DNA of 59,919 nucleotides, the filler included, from Malassezia furfur (Eukaryota), in assembly GCA_052055015.1 (NCBI GenBank). It is 7 parts of 7 records of this genome, joined end to end, with 100 filler letters (N's around TTAATTAATTAA, not from the genome) between each part and the next. Parts side by side here need not be neighbours in the genome. Positions count along the whole stretch, not along the records: positions 8,759 to 17,332 come from JBQJIT010000454.1; positions 17,433 to 26,002 come from JBQJIT010000455.1; 5 more parts are not named here. One strand, given 5' to 3'. Below the pieces are notes generated by a model. That model saw only the letters and a list, made by a program, of their open reading frames with translations, did no database searches and was not told the origin of the DNA. Numbering within the stretch: the stretch's first letter is position 1; the number at the start of each line of letters is the position of its first letter. The translations under genes and the position numbers were made by a program. This document shows positions 11,103 to 21,827 of this stretch, piece by piece.

Positions 11103-13667
11103 ATGGACGCGCACTCGCAGCGCGAGTGGTCGCGCTTTGCGACCGAGGAGGGCGGGATCGGCACCTGCGTCGTGCAGCGCGATCTCGTCGATGACGGCTC
11201 GGGGCTGCTGACCTGCAGCGCGGGCGACACTGTCGTGGGTCTATGCCGCATGTCGGCCGCGCCCGGCACCGAGGACCGCGGCGAGTATCTCTGGGCTTGT
11301 CGTGCGGGCGCGCTCGGGTTTGTGCCCTTCGACGACCTGGTGGCCACGCACGCGCTCGGGAACCCCGGCGTGATCACCGTGGATACGGCCGGCGACGAGA
11401 TCGTTGCGCCGCTGCACTCCCTATACATTGACGAAACGATGCGCGTAACACGGTATCCAAGCGAGCGCGCGAGTGCAGCGGCCGCGCCTCCGTCCCCACT
11501 TGCAAACCTCCGAACGCCGCTTGCGTCCCAGTTTCCGGCCGACCAGCTGGCGACACCGCGCGCACCGCACGGCACATGGGGCGATGCGAGCCGGGTCGAG
11601 GCATGGGGCGGGCCAAGCGACTCGCTCGCGGCGCTGCAGACACCCAATGCGGGGCGTGCCACGACGCCAGTGGGCACGGCGCTTGGCACGCCGCCCGTGG
11701 ACACAGCGCCCAACACGCCGCCGGGCGCGGGACTCGATGCGCCATTTGAACTGGACGACGCGTCGCCTGCGCAGGCCATCTCTGCAGGACAGGACGTGCC
11801 GATGCGCGCGACGCCGCGCAAGAGTCAGTATCGCCCGATGTCGATCCGAGAGAGTATGCTGTCGCGGCAGGAGACTGCCTCGCCCGATAGCGACGAGGTG
11901 TGGGGCGACTATGTACAGGGGCGCGATCCGACCATGTCGATCTACGATGCCTACTTCCGCCCATCGATGTACTTTGCTGCAATCGAGATGGACGACGCCA
12001 CGCGTACCGCCCACCTGATGCCGCCCAGTGATGCACCAAGAACGCCTGCCACTGAGAGCGAGGTGTCGTTCGACGTGAGCGTCGAGAGCGGCAGCTCGCT
12101 CGGCGAGCGCGGCGTCGATACCATGCTGCCGCCCGTCCAAAACACGGACCAGAACCGTTTGCTAAACATGGCATGGAGCGATGCGGGTGACACTTCGTCC
12201 GTGCAGACCTCGCAGCGCGATTCAGGCAGCTCCTTCACCCAGAGCAGTATCGAGGTGCCGATTGCTGCGATGGAGGGCATGCGCGTCGGCAGCGCCCGCG
12301 ATGCGGCGGCGCTGCGCGCCGTCACGCCGCAGGACGATGGCGCGAGCGACGTATCGCATAGCTCACGTGGCGCGGAGCGTTACGCGCGGCTACGAACAAG
12401 CACCGACCGGCCTTGGACGTCAGTGGTGACGAGCCCACCGCGTGGTGCCAAAGCTGCACCGACGTCGCCGACCAAGAACATACTGCGGTGGTCGCCGCAG
12501 CGGCGCTCGCAGCGCGATGGCAGCCTGGCCGATGACCGGGCCGAGACCCGCAGCATGACGCCGTCGCACTCCTCCAGCAGCCTGTTCAGCTCGCCGCGCT
12601 CCAAACTGTCGCTCGACCTGTCGCGCAGCCCGCAAAAGAACGATGCGGCACTCTTCCAGCGCTGGACAACACTGCTCACCGACCGCGGCAGCAGCACCCG
12701 CACGCGGAAGAAGGCGCAGCAGCTTGTCGAGGTCGGCGTGCCGAACGCACTGCGCGGCCGCGTCTGGCTGCTGCTTGCGGACAAGTACATGGACGTGCAG
12801 CCTGGTGTGTTTGCCGAGCTGTGCCAGCGCGCGCGCGAAGCAGCGCTGAATCCGGAGCGCTTTGCGTTTGCGCAGCTCATCGAACAGGACCTCGCGCAGT
12901 GCTTCCCGGTGCAGAAGCCGTTCCGCGGCGTGGATGGGTCGACGCGCGAGGACATCCGCCGGATTTTGTATGCGTACGCCTACCACAACCCCGACGTGGG
13001 GTACACCGAGGGCATGTGCCTGCTCGTCAGTCTGCTTCTCACCCACATCCGCGTCGAGGATGCATTTTGGCTGCTCGATGCGATCGTGCTGCACTACGGC
13101 CTGCAGCGCTGCTACGTCGGGAAGATGGAGCAGCTGCACGAGGACAATGTCGTGGTCGACGAGCTGCTCCGCCTCACCGACGAAGCCGTGTACCAGCGGC
13201 TGCAGGACTTGCGGATCGAGCCGATCATGTTCCTCCCCGGCTGGATTCTGCCCCTGTTTGTGCGCACGCTGCCGTGGCCAACGCTGCTGCGATTCTGGGA
13301 TCTGTTTTTGAGCCAGGGATACGCCTTTGTGCTGCGCACCGCCGTCGCCGTCATTCAGCTGACGCGCGCGACGCTGCTCAACACGCGCCTCTGCCCGGGG
13401 CGCGCCGAGACGCTGCGCCAGCTTGTGTTTGTCGCCTCGCCGCCGCTCACACCTGATCATGTGCTCGAGCATGCGCGGGCCCTCCCGATCACCGACAAGG
13501 AGCTCGCCAAGATGCAGCGCAACGCCGCCAAGCTGGTGCGCCAGAGCGGGCCGACCGACACCCCGATCGAGGGGAAGGACGCGCCGCGCCCCACTGCGCT
13601 GCAAGGCAAGCCGATGTCGCGTGGGACGATCCGTTTGCTTTCCGTTCGGAGGAAGACACGTTCATAG
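11103..13667 (+). CDS. TBC (Rab-GAP) domain protein with degenerate N-terminal SH3-like region
   Basis: GVPNALRGRVW, IEQDLAQCF, GYTEGM, EDAFWLL, LRFWDLFL. Low-complexity S/P middle region. Confidence 0.88.
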   Translation: MDAHSQREWSRFATEEGGIGTCVVQRDLVDDGSGLLTCSAGDTVVGLCRMSAAPGTEDRGEYLWACRAGALGFVPFDDLVATHALGNPGVITVDTAGDEIVAPLHSLYIDETMRVTRYPSERASAAAAPPSPLANLRTPLASQFPADQLATPRAPHGTWGDASRVEAWGGPSDSLAALQTPNAGRATTPVGTALGTPPVDTAPNTPPGAGLDAPFELDDASPAQAISAGQDVPMRATPRKSQYRPMSIRESMLSRQETASPDSDEVWGDYVQGRDPTMSIYDAYFRPSMYFAAIEMDDATRTAHLMPPSDAPRTPATESEVSFDVSVESGSSLGERGVDTMLPPVQNTDQNRLLNMAWSDAGDTSSVQTSQRDSGSSFTQSSIEVPIAAMEGMRVGSARDAAALRAVTPQDDGASDVSHSSRGAERYARLRTSTDRPWTSVVTSPPRGAKAAPTSPTKNILRWSPQRRSQRDGSLADDRAETRSMTPSHSSSSLFSSPRSKLSLDLSRSPQKNDAALFQRWTTLLTDRGSSTRTRKKAQQLVEVGVPNALRGRVWLLLADKYMDVQPGVFAELCQRAREAALNPERFAFAQLIEQDLAQCFPVQKPFRGVDGSTREDIRRILYAYAYHNPDVGYTEGMCLLVSLLLTHIRVEDAFWLLDAIVLHYGLQRCYVGKMEQLHEDNVVVDELLRLTDEAVYQRLQDLRIEPIMFLPGWILPLFVRTLPWPTLLRFWDLFLSQGYAFVLRTAVAVIQLTRATLLNTRLCPGRAETLRQLVFVASPPLTPDHVLEHARALPITDKELAKMQRNAAKLVRQSGPTDTPIEGKDAPRPTALQGKPMSRGTIRLLSVRRKTRS

Positions 13668-13706
13668 AGGGAAACAGGAAAACTGCAGCGGGCTGCAGGG
13701 AGTCAC

Positions 13707-15248
13707 CTATGAAGACGCGCCGGGCCGTAGCACACGCACCGTGCGATCAAAGCCGCAGCTCGCGACGCCGCCATCGGGCAGGACCGCGACACCCTTGATC
13801 ACCGTGTTTCCGCCACGCACCCACGCTGCAGCTGCGGCCGCGTCGCGCGCACGCTGCGACGTCGAGTCGATCGGAGACAGCTGCCCGTGCGCCGGTACAC
13901 GCGCCTTGATCTCGCCGTCGAGCCCCACGAGGCGCAGCACGCCGTCTTCGCCGGTGACCCACGCCGCGTCGCCCTCGGTGCGCCATGCATGCCGCGGGTT
14001 CGAGAATGTAGACGACGGCGCCTCGGTCCACAGCGTGAGCCGTCGGAACGACGAAAAGAGGGGCAGCACCAGCAGACGCGACAGCGTATCGCCGAGCGTG
14101 GTGCCCCCAATCGATACCGGTTGGCCCGTCGGCGACTCGCGCTGCAGCGCTGCATGGTCACCCGTCTGCGCGCACAGGTAGCGCCCTGATGGGTGGACCG
14201 ACAGGTCCAGCAACGAGTAGCCCGCATGGTGGTCGTCGGGGTCCGGATTCGTGTTGTATCTGACCGTGGTGAAGTCGGGCGCCGCGCCTTCTTCGAGATC
14301 CGGTGCGGGCAGCGCGACGTACGTCAAATCAACATGACCACGCTCGGCAAATACGAGCCACGCTCGGCGCGGGACACCCAGCTCCTGTCCGGGCGCGGGC
14401 GGAGCGCTCGGGCCGACCACAAACACCACCGCCTCGGGATTCGCCGCAAGTGTAAGCTCGTGCACCTTGGTGTACGTGAGCTCGTCCCCGTGGCGCATCG
14501 CGCGGTACACGACCACCTTCTTGTCGTACCCCGCGGACGCAAGAAACGTGCCGCACGGGCTGTGGGCAACGCGCACGACAAAGCGCGCATGCTCCTTGAG
14601 CGTCTGCACGGGCTGTGCGGTGTGCTGTGTGAGTCCCACTGCACGACTTACCAAGTCCCATACCACCACGCGGCCGTCCATCCCCGCCGATGCCACGTAC
14701 CGCGCATGCTTCGGGTTCTGCGACACATCGAGCACGGCCGAGTCATGACCGACCGCGCCGCTCGGCGTCGGCTGACTCGGCTTGTCAAGGATAGCGAGTA
14801 CCTCGCCGGTGTGCGGGTCGCTGAATACGATCAGCTTGTCTGCACCCGTCGTTGCGACGCCCTCGCGCAAGGTCCACGCCGTGCCGCTGTGCTCGGGCAC
14901 CTGCACGGCACGGATCGAGAGCAGGTTCGAGTGATGCAGGTGCTCGATGGTCTTGTCAAGCGTGTACTCGGCCGGGCCAGCAGCTCGCGCACGGGCGACA
15001 AGGTCATCAAGATCGTCTGCGTCCGTCTCCTCGAGCTGCAGGCGCGCCAGCGCTTGGGCCGACGCTATCGACTGGCTCTGCTCGACGAGCGTACGCAAGT
15101 CGCGCGCAACGTCCTTGAACTGGTCAGAGGACAGTTCATCGCGCCTAACGGCCTGCTGGAATGCCTCGAGGACATGCGTGTATCCCTGGTGTGCAAGGTA
15201 GCGCGCGACCACTTCGTCGCATACCTCGGTCAGTGCGTCTCCTGCCAT
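13707..15248 (-). CDS. LisH + WD40-repeat protein
   Basis: DEVVARYLAHQGYTHVLEAF (LisH); GHDSAVLDV..SAGMDGRVVVWD, SAGYDKKVVVY, SCGFDRTVRV. In-frame 27-nt intron 14625-14651. Confidence 0.8.
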   Translation of the reverse strand: MAGDALTEVCDEVVARYLAHQGYTHVLEAFQQAVRRDELSSDQFKDVARDLRTLVEQSQSIASAQALARLQLEETDADDLDDLVARARAAGPAEYTLDKTIEHLHHSNLLSIRAVQVPEHSGTAWTLREGVATTGADKLIVFSDPHTGEVLAILDKPSQPTPSGAVGHDSAVLDVSQNPKHARYVASAGMDGRVVVWDLVSRAVGLTQHTAQPVQTLKEHARFVVRVAHSPCGTFLASAGYDKKVVVYRAMRHGDELTYTKVHELTLAANPEAVVFVVGPSAPPAPGQELGVPRRAWLVFAERGHVDLTYVALPAPDLEEGAAPDFTTVRYNTNPDPDDHHAGYSLLDLSVHPSGRYLCAQTGDHAALQRESPTGQPVSIGGTTLGDTLSRLLVLPLFSSFRRLTLWTEAPSSTFSNPRHAWRTEGDAAWVTGEDGVLRLVGLDGEIKARVPAHGQLSPIDSTSQRARDAAAAAAWVRGGNTVIKGVAVLPDGGVASCGFDRTVRVLRPGASS

Positions 15249-15318
15249 GGTGGACGCACGCGCACGGCCCGACGCAATTCGCCCATTTTCATGTGGAGCT
15301 TGCCCCCGGACATACACC

Positions 15319-16681
15319 ATGCAAGAAGACGCGCGTGTGGCACTGGCCAACAAGCTGCGTAGCAAACGCACCGAAGAGATACCCGCACAACCGGCGCCCC
15401 AACCGGCCGCGCCTGGACCCAAGGACCCGTTCAAGGGTGCAAAGTCTCCAGTGGTCGTCACGGACCCGCACTGGGCGCCACGCACTCCGCACAAGCGCAT
15501 CGTGGCGCCCGAGGACATGGACCGCTTCCAGGCTTCGCCCGCCTTTGCAGAGATCTTGGGCATGCTACGCGCACTAAATGACGGCGCGCAGGATCGCTCA
15601 CTGACGGACGACGTGGAAGAAAGCGAGGTACGCCGCCCCCCCTCTGACGCAGCCGGTCCAAACCATTCACGAGATCCTTGCACGCGTGGCCCAGATTGTG
15701 AAGGAGACGCCACGGAGCAACACAGCGGCATCCACGTCGCGTTTCGGCAACCCTGAGTTTCGAACTTTCTACACCAAGCTGCAGCACGCCACGGACGACC
15801 TTCTACAGCTCTTTCCAAGCCTGCGTGAAACGGAGCCAGGCGCGAGTCAGCACCGGCGCACGCGCGACGAACTGGCGATCTACCTCCAGGAGAGCTGGGG
15901 AAACGCGGGCCGCATCGACTACGGCAGCGGTATGGAGCTCAACTTTTTGTGCTGGCTGCTGCTGCTCGTCAAGCTTGGCATCGTGGAGCTGCCACGCGAT
16001 GCACCAGCGCTCGTGCTGCGCATCTTTTGGCAGTACATTGAGCTAATGCGTGTCATTGAGGCCGAGTACTGGCTTGAGCCCGCCGGCAGCCATGGCGTAT
16101 GGGGTCTGGATGACTACCACTTTTTGCCTTTCCTCTTTGGCTCGTCGCAGCTGTACCATCACGGCATTTTGCGTCCCGGCAGCATCCACGACGAGGAGTT
16201 GGTGGACGACAACGCGCCCAGGTACATGTACTTCTCCTGTATCCAGTCCATCAATGCCGTCAAGACCGAATCGCTGCGGTGGCACTCGCCTATGCTCGAC
16301 GACATCTCGAGCGTCAAGACGTGGTCCAAGGTCAACGAAGGTATGGCCAAGATGTACCGCAGCGAGGTGCTGCTCAAGCTGCCCATTGCCCAGCACATCT
16401 TTTTTGGCACGCTGCTCGACTTTGGCGTGCCAGAGGACGAGGCGAATGACACGCATATCAATGGCCACGGCGCTACTGCTTCCGCGCACCCCGAAGCGGG
16501 TGTGGCTGGCGCAAATGGACACGCGCATGGTCCGGCGTGCGGGCACGGTCACGCCCACGGCGAGGGCCAGGCGGCCGGGTGGGGCGACTGCTGTGGCATC
16601 CCGATCCCCAGCGCGTTTGCTGCCGCCGAGCAAGCCAAGCGCGGCCCCGCCAAGCCGTTGCGACGGATTCCCTTTGACTAG
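15319..16681 (+). CDS. RRD2: PP2A activator (PTPA), Rrd2-like
   Basis: SRFGNPEFR, RIDYGSGMELNF, YWLEPAGSHGVWGLDDYHFLPF, WHSPMLDDIS. Intron 15628-15652 (25 nt). Confidence 0.93.
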
Positions 16682-16770
16682 GTGGACTTGACAAAGACAG
16701 TATGGGCTGCAACATGAAACATAGACTACGGGTCATTCACGAAGAATGAACAACGCAAGACGAGAAACAT

Positions 16771-17332
16771 TTACTGGAGGTTGAGGATCGTGCCGGCAGT
16801 GCCGTTGGGAGACGCCGTGATAAAGTTGTCGGTCACGGCGAGCGCGTAAGGGTTCGCGCCACCGATACGGCCCACAAAGTTGAGCGTCTTCTTGTCGGCG
16901 TCGAGCTGCCAGAACTGGGACATCTGCGACGAGTCGTCCGACATGGAGCAGTTCTCCGTCGTGAAGTGCTGGTCGGGCTGGGCGAGCGCCGCAATGCGCA
17001 CACACGTGTCCTTGACCGCGTCCGACGGCGACAGCAGACCATAGTGGATAGAGCCAGTAGCGTTCGTCTCCATGATCGACGAGTTGCACTCAGAGAAGAC
17101 GAGCTGCACGGCCTCGTCGCCCGTGACGAGCTCCTTGTTCTCCGAGATCTGCACCGCCACAGGGCTCGCGTCGTTCACCGTCACGGTCAGGCCACCGGTC
17201 TGGTTAAAGGTAGACGAGCAGTCAATGTTGCGCACAATCTTCTGGTTGGGAAGCGCCGCGTCCGAGGCGGGGCTCGCGGCAGCGGGGCTCGCGGCGGCGG
17301 CGACCGGGGTCGAAGCAGCGGGGGCCGAGCTC
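16771..17332 (-). CDS. C-terminal part of an unknown, probably secreted Cys-containing protein
   Basis: Open from the contig end with strong codon bias, four Cys, several N-x-S/T sequons and an A/P/S linker (AASPA repeats). Confidence 0.6.
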
Positions 17333-17432
17333 NNNNNNNNNNNNNNNNNNNNNNNNNNNNNNNNNNNNNNNNNNNNTTAATTAATTAANNNNNNNNNNNN
17401 NNNNNNNNNNNNNNNNNNNNNNNNNNNNNNNN

Positions 17433-18259
17433 TTGCCCTTATCGACGATCGAGGCGCCCTGCACCTCGGCCTGGCGGTCGCGCAGCTTGCGCATGAGCTG
17501 CAGGAATTCGCTCTGCTGAAACTTGTCGCTCTGGTCGTGCTCGACACTCGACAGAAGCCGCGCAGCGGTCTCGGCGAGCTCGTCACCGCCCATCGCCCCG
17601 AGCTCGGCCTCGCTCGGAAGCGTCTCGAGCGGCGCGGCATGCGCGGCCTGCGCCGCGCGCTGCTGCGCATCAACGGCGGTGAATGCCGTGTCCCACGACG
17701 AGGTGCTCGTCGAGGCGGCGCTCGTCGACTGCGCGGCGGTGTGCTGCGGCGCAGGCGCCATCGACATCGGCGCCGCGCCGTACCAGTGCGGCGGGCGGAA
17801 CGCGCCGGGCTGCATGCCGTAGCGCGGCGCAAACGGCGCCGGGCCCTTGGTCGCGGGGCCTGCGGCCTGCGGCGCGTGCGCTGTGGCGGGCGCCGCGGAT
17901 GCGGACGCGGGTTGGTGGTGCAAAAAGTCGCGCGCCCATGCGGGCGTCGCGGCGCTTGCGGGCGCGGCGTGCACGGGGCGCGCGTACGCCGCGCCCTTGT
18001 CCATTGCCGGCAGTGCGCTGCGCAGCTGGTGCACGTCGAACGGCGCGGCGGCGTCCGGCGCCTCACGCGCGAAGAACGCCGGGTCTTGCGCGGGGGCCGG
18101 GCGCGCAGTGCGGAAGCCGGCGTGCCGCGCGTCGCCCCCCACGGTACTATGCCCATCAAATTGGGTGCCGCGGTCCTGGCCGAACCGCTTGCCAAGCTGC
18201 TGCAGCGGATTCACGGGGCCACACTCGGCCCCCCCGCCGAGCATCTCTGGAAACGACAT
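17433..18259 (-). CDS. PEX5: Peroxin Pex5/Pex20-type N-terminal region with Pex7-binding motif, 3' truncated
   Basis: MSFPEMLGGGAECGPVNPL (conserved Cys), WxxxF motifs (WARDF, WDTAF), KFQQSEFLQLMRKLRD. Confidence 0.8.
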
Positions 18260-18312
18260 GGTTGGGTGGCAACCCCGCGCTGGCTGACGTAAGGCTATGT
18301 CCGGCCCAGGGT

Positions 18313-20152
18313 CTACGGCAAGGTCACGGCAAATTGGCGCACGACGCCGTCTGCGCCGGAGGTCGCGAGCGTCGCGCCGTCGAGCCACGCGACGCCCGTC
18401 GCGCCGCCGGCGTGTGCGTTCTTGAACGCCGCCTGTTTCATAGGACGCGCCACCGACCACACGTAGACGTGCGTGTCGAGCGACGCACTTGCGCAGTGCT
18501 CCCCGGACGCGGACCACGCCAGCGCCGCAATGCGCGCCGAGTGGAACACCCACTGCGTGAGACGCACCGATAGCTGCGCCACATCGTACACCAGAATCTT
18601 GCCGGACGACTCACCCGCGGCCAGCAGCTTGCCGTCCGGCGAAAACGAGAGCGCCGTAATGGGGCTCCGCCCGTTGGTCAGCGTCGCGACTTCGTCCCAG
18701 TTGCGCGTGTACAGGCGCACCTGCGCGTCGGCCGTGCCGATCGCCACGAGCGCATCGCCTGCGCTCGTCGCCGCAATCGCCGTCGGGTCGTGCGCGCCGA
18801 GCTGCGCCGCGGAGCGGTGCGTGACGGTCGTGCCCTCGACGACATCCACCCCGCGCTCGCTCACCACATACTGCGCCGCACCACACATCGCCAAGCCACG
18901 CGGCTGTGCAGTGAGGGCGACGCGCGGCGCATCGCGCGCAATGCGACCGACCGTATCGTCGAGGGCAATCGCATACATCTCGCCGTCGTCGCGCTCGGCG
19001 CCGACGCCCACGACGCTCGGCGCACCGCTCGCTTGCGGCAGCGAGCTTGCCCCACCATCGCGACGGTAGGTATAGACGCGGCCGTCGTACGACCCGACAC
19101 CGACCATGTCCGTCTGCGCAGCGTACACCAGACTCGACACACCCTTGGTCGGGCCCACGAGCGGCGCGCGCAGCTGCAGCGTGCCAGCGGCCACATCGAC
19201 ATCCAGCACGTACAGCACACCCTCAAGACCGATGCTGACCACGGCACCGGGCTGCGCCCAGACCACGCCGACCTGCTGCGCGTCCACCTTGTTGGCCGCC
19301 TGCGTCTTGGCGTCGAACGAGGCGACGAGCTCGGCGTCCGCAGTGCGCCACACCTTGACGAGGCCATCGGCACCTGCCGTGACGACATGCGCACTGTCCG
19401 GTGCAAAACGCACCGCATACACCGTGCCTGTATGGGCGTTGGCGACCGTTTGCTTCGTTTCGCCCGACACGCCGTCGTACAGCAGCAGCTGCCCATCCGA
19501 CCCGACCGAGGCGAACGTCATCCCATCCTTGGCGTACGCCACATCCTGCACGAATCGCGTATGGCCGGACAGCGTCTTGTTAAACTTGAACGGGACCCCG
19601 GTGAAAAAGACGAGGTGCGTATCGTCGCCGGCCGTCACCGCCCGGAAGGGGCGCTGGTGCCGGATCGCGACGGCGTTCATCGGCTTGCTGTGACCGCTGA
19701 TCTCGCCCACACTCGAGCCCGAGTCAAACATGAACGCATGCGCAAACCGCTCGCGGCCTTCGCCGACCACAATGATCCGCTTGCTCTCGCCGTCCCAGGC
19801 AAGGTCGCTCACTTTGCCATTCAGCGCCTGCGTCTGCAGCTTGAGGATGCGCTCGCCCGAGGCCAAATCCCACACACGCACCGAGCCCGAGATGTCGGCA
19901 CTCGCCGCATAGTACCCGCTGGGGCTGATGCGTGCCACGGTTACGGGCTGCGTGTGCTCCGCATACACGAGAGTGGCCCGCGGATCCTGTCGGTCAGTGC
20001 GCGGGCCAACGTACGTCAAGGTCACGGAAGAACACGGTACGGCCCTGGGAGTACACAAGTTTCTTTCCATCGGGACTCGCGTCGAGCTTCGTGCTCGACC
20101 CGCGCGTCACGCTCGGGTTCGCGGCATACACCGCCGTCGGCTGCAACGACAT
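18313..20152 (-). CDS. AIP1: Actin-interacting protein 1 (WDR1), WD40 repeats
   Basis: AANPSVTRG start, ISPSGYYAASADISGSVRVWD, RHQRPFRAVTAGDD..GVPFKF. Intron 19987-20014 (28 nt). Confidence 0.93.
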
Positions 20153-20193
20153 GGTGGAGGCGTGGACTGTGCGCAGCCCCACGTGCAACGACG

Positions 20194-21215
20194 ATGACGA
20201 GCTTGCTCCCGGTGCTGCGCCAGGCGCACAACGACAATCCGTGGGACGACGCAACACTGCATGCGCTACGCGTTGACGGTACCCAAATTGGGTTCATCCC
20301 GCCGAACGTGATGGAGGTGGTCAAGGCGTATCTCGCGGATCGCCCACACACCCACCTGCGTATCCAGGATGGCGCACTGACCTTCGCACCCGAGGCAATC
20401 GCCGCGCAGCGCACCGATGAGATGAACCAGATGGCCGTGTGGATGCGCGACACGAAAAAGTTTCCGGATCCGCTGGATGGTAGGCACCCCTGGCTCACAA
20501 CAGGCTGGCGCGACGAACAGTACGCCGTGTATGGCCCAGGCGACGGTGAAAATCCGAGCACCGTTGTCTTCACACTGGAGCGGTCTGCATGTGCCTTATT
20601 CGGCATCGCAACGTTCGGCGTGCACCTCACCGTACGTCCCATGCCCTCACTCAGGCATACACGCCCGACGGCCGTATTTGGGTCCCGCGCCGCTCCCGAA
20701 CCAAGCAGACATGGCCAGGCTACCTGGACAACTCAGTCGCTGGCGGAATCACGGCGGGCGACTCGCCGCGTGCCTCTATGGTGCGCGAGTGCTTCGAGGA
20801 GGCCGGCTTGTCGCGCGACCAAGTCGAGCCATACCTCAAGGTACGCCACGCGCAGCCACTGACACGCTGCAGCAAACGGGCCACATCACCTACTTCTACA
20901 AAACGTCGCTCGGATGGCGGCAGCCTGAGATGCAGTACACGTACGACTTGGCCCTGCCCTCGGACGCGATCCAACTTCGCCCCGAGGACGGCGAGGCCGA
21001 GTCGTTCGAGCTGCTCGACGTACCCAATGTGCTGCAGCGCATGCACAAAGGCGAGTTCAAAGCGAACTGCTGTTTGGGTAGGTGGTACTGCGCACTGACA
21101 TGCAGTCCTGGCCGACTTTTTCATCCGGCATGGGTACCTCACTGCAGAGAACGATGTGCATTACGCAGAGATCGTCACAATGCTGCACACCAACCTGCGC
21201 CTTCCCACGCCATAG
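20194..21215 (+). CDS. Nudix hydrolase, YJR142W/Tnr3-like
   Basis: [73 protein letters not shown] after splicing 20480-20503, 20632-20654, 20841-20872 and 21078-21105. Confidence 0.88.
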
Positions 21216-21367
21216 TTTGCACACACAAGGGTCAATTGTTTCACTGTAATCCAGCATTTTTTGGGTGACTTGTACAGGGCGCTGCACAATCAACTGCATC
21301 CATCTAATGAGACGGCATTCGCGCCGCAATACGACATGACGAAAGTACAGCAAGAGCAGCCAAAAGC

Positions 21368-21591
21368 TTAGATGTTAAGCTTGGTGCGGCGCCAGTGACG
21401 GCGGTTCTTGTTGTACTGGATCTTCTTGTCGGTCTTCATGCGGAACCAGTTGGGGATGGGGCTAACGGTCAGTCGGGACGCGCGCAACATACCGGTTCTG
21501 GCGCTGAGCCTTCGCCAGCTTAAGCTTCGTGCGGAGAGACTTGTTGGAGGGCTGCAGTGTAAGCACAGTGCCGCGAAGGCATACACACCAT
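21368..21591 (-). CDS. RPL39: 60S ribosomal protein L39 (eL39)
   Basis: ATG-only first exon; introns 21552-21588 and 21462-21492 give [51 protein letters not shown]. Confidence 0.96.
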
Positions 21592-21827
21592 GTTGACGGT
21601 ACTCCAAGTGTGTAGGGAGAAGCGGTGGCGCCCGCCGGTGGTATCGCTTCTTCCATTAGCACGTGACAAACTAATACGTCACGTGAACAGAACCTCACAT
21701 TTCTCCGCGCGAAGCGCGAATTCCCTCCACATTGCGTGCAGGTGACCTGGCCTGTGCGCTCCGCGGAACGTGGAGCAAGTAACATCGCACCGGCTCACCG
21801 GCACATTCTTTCATCCGTACTGCCACG

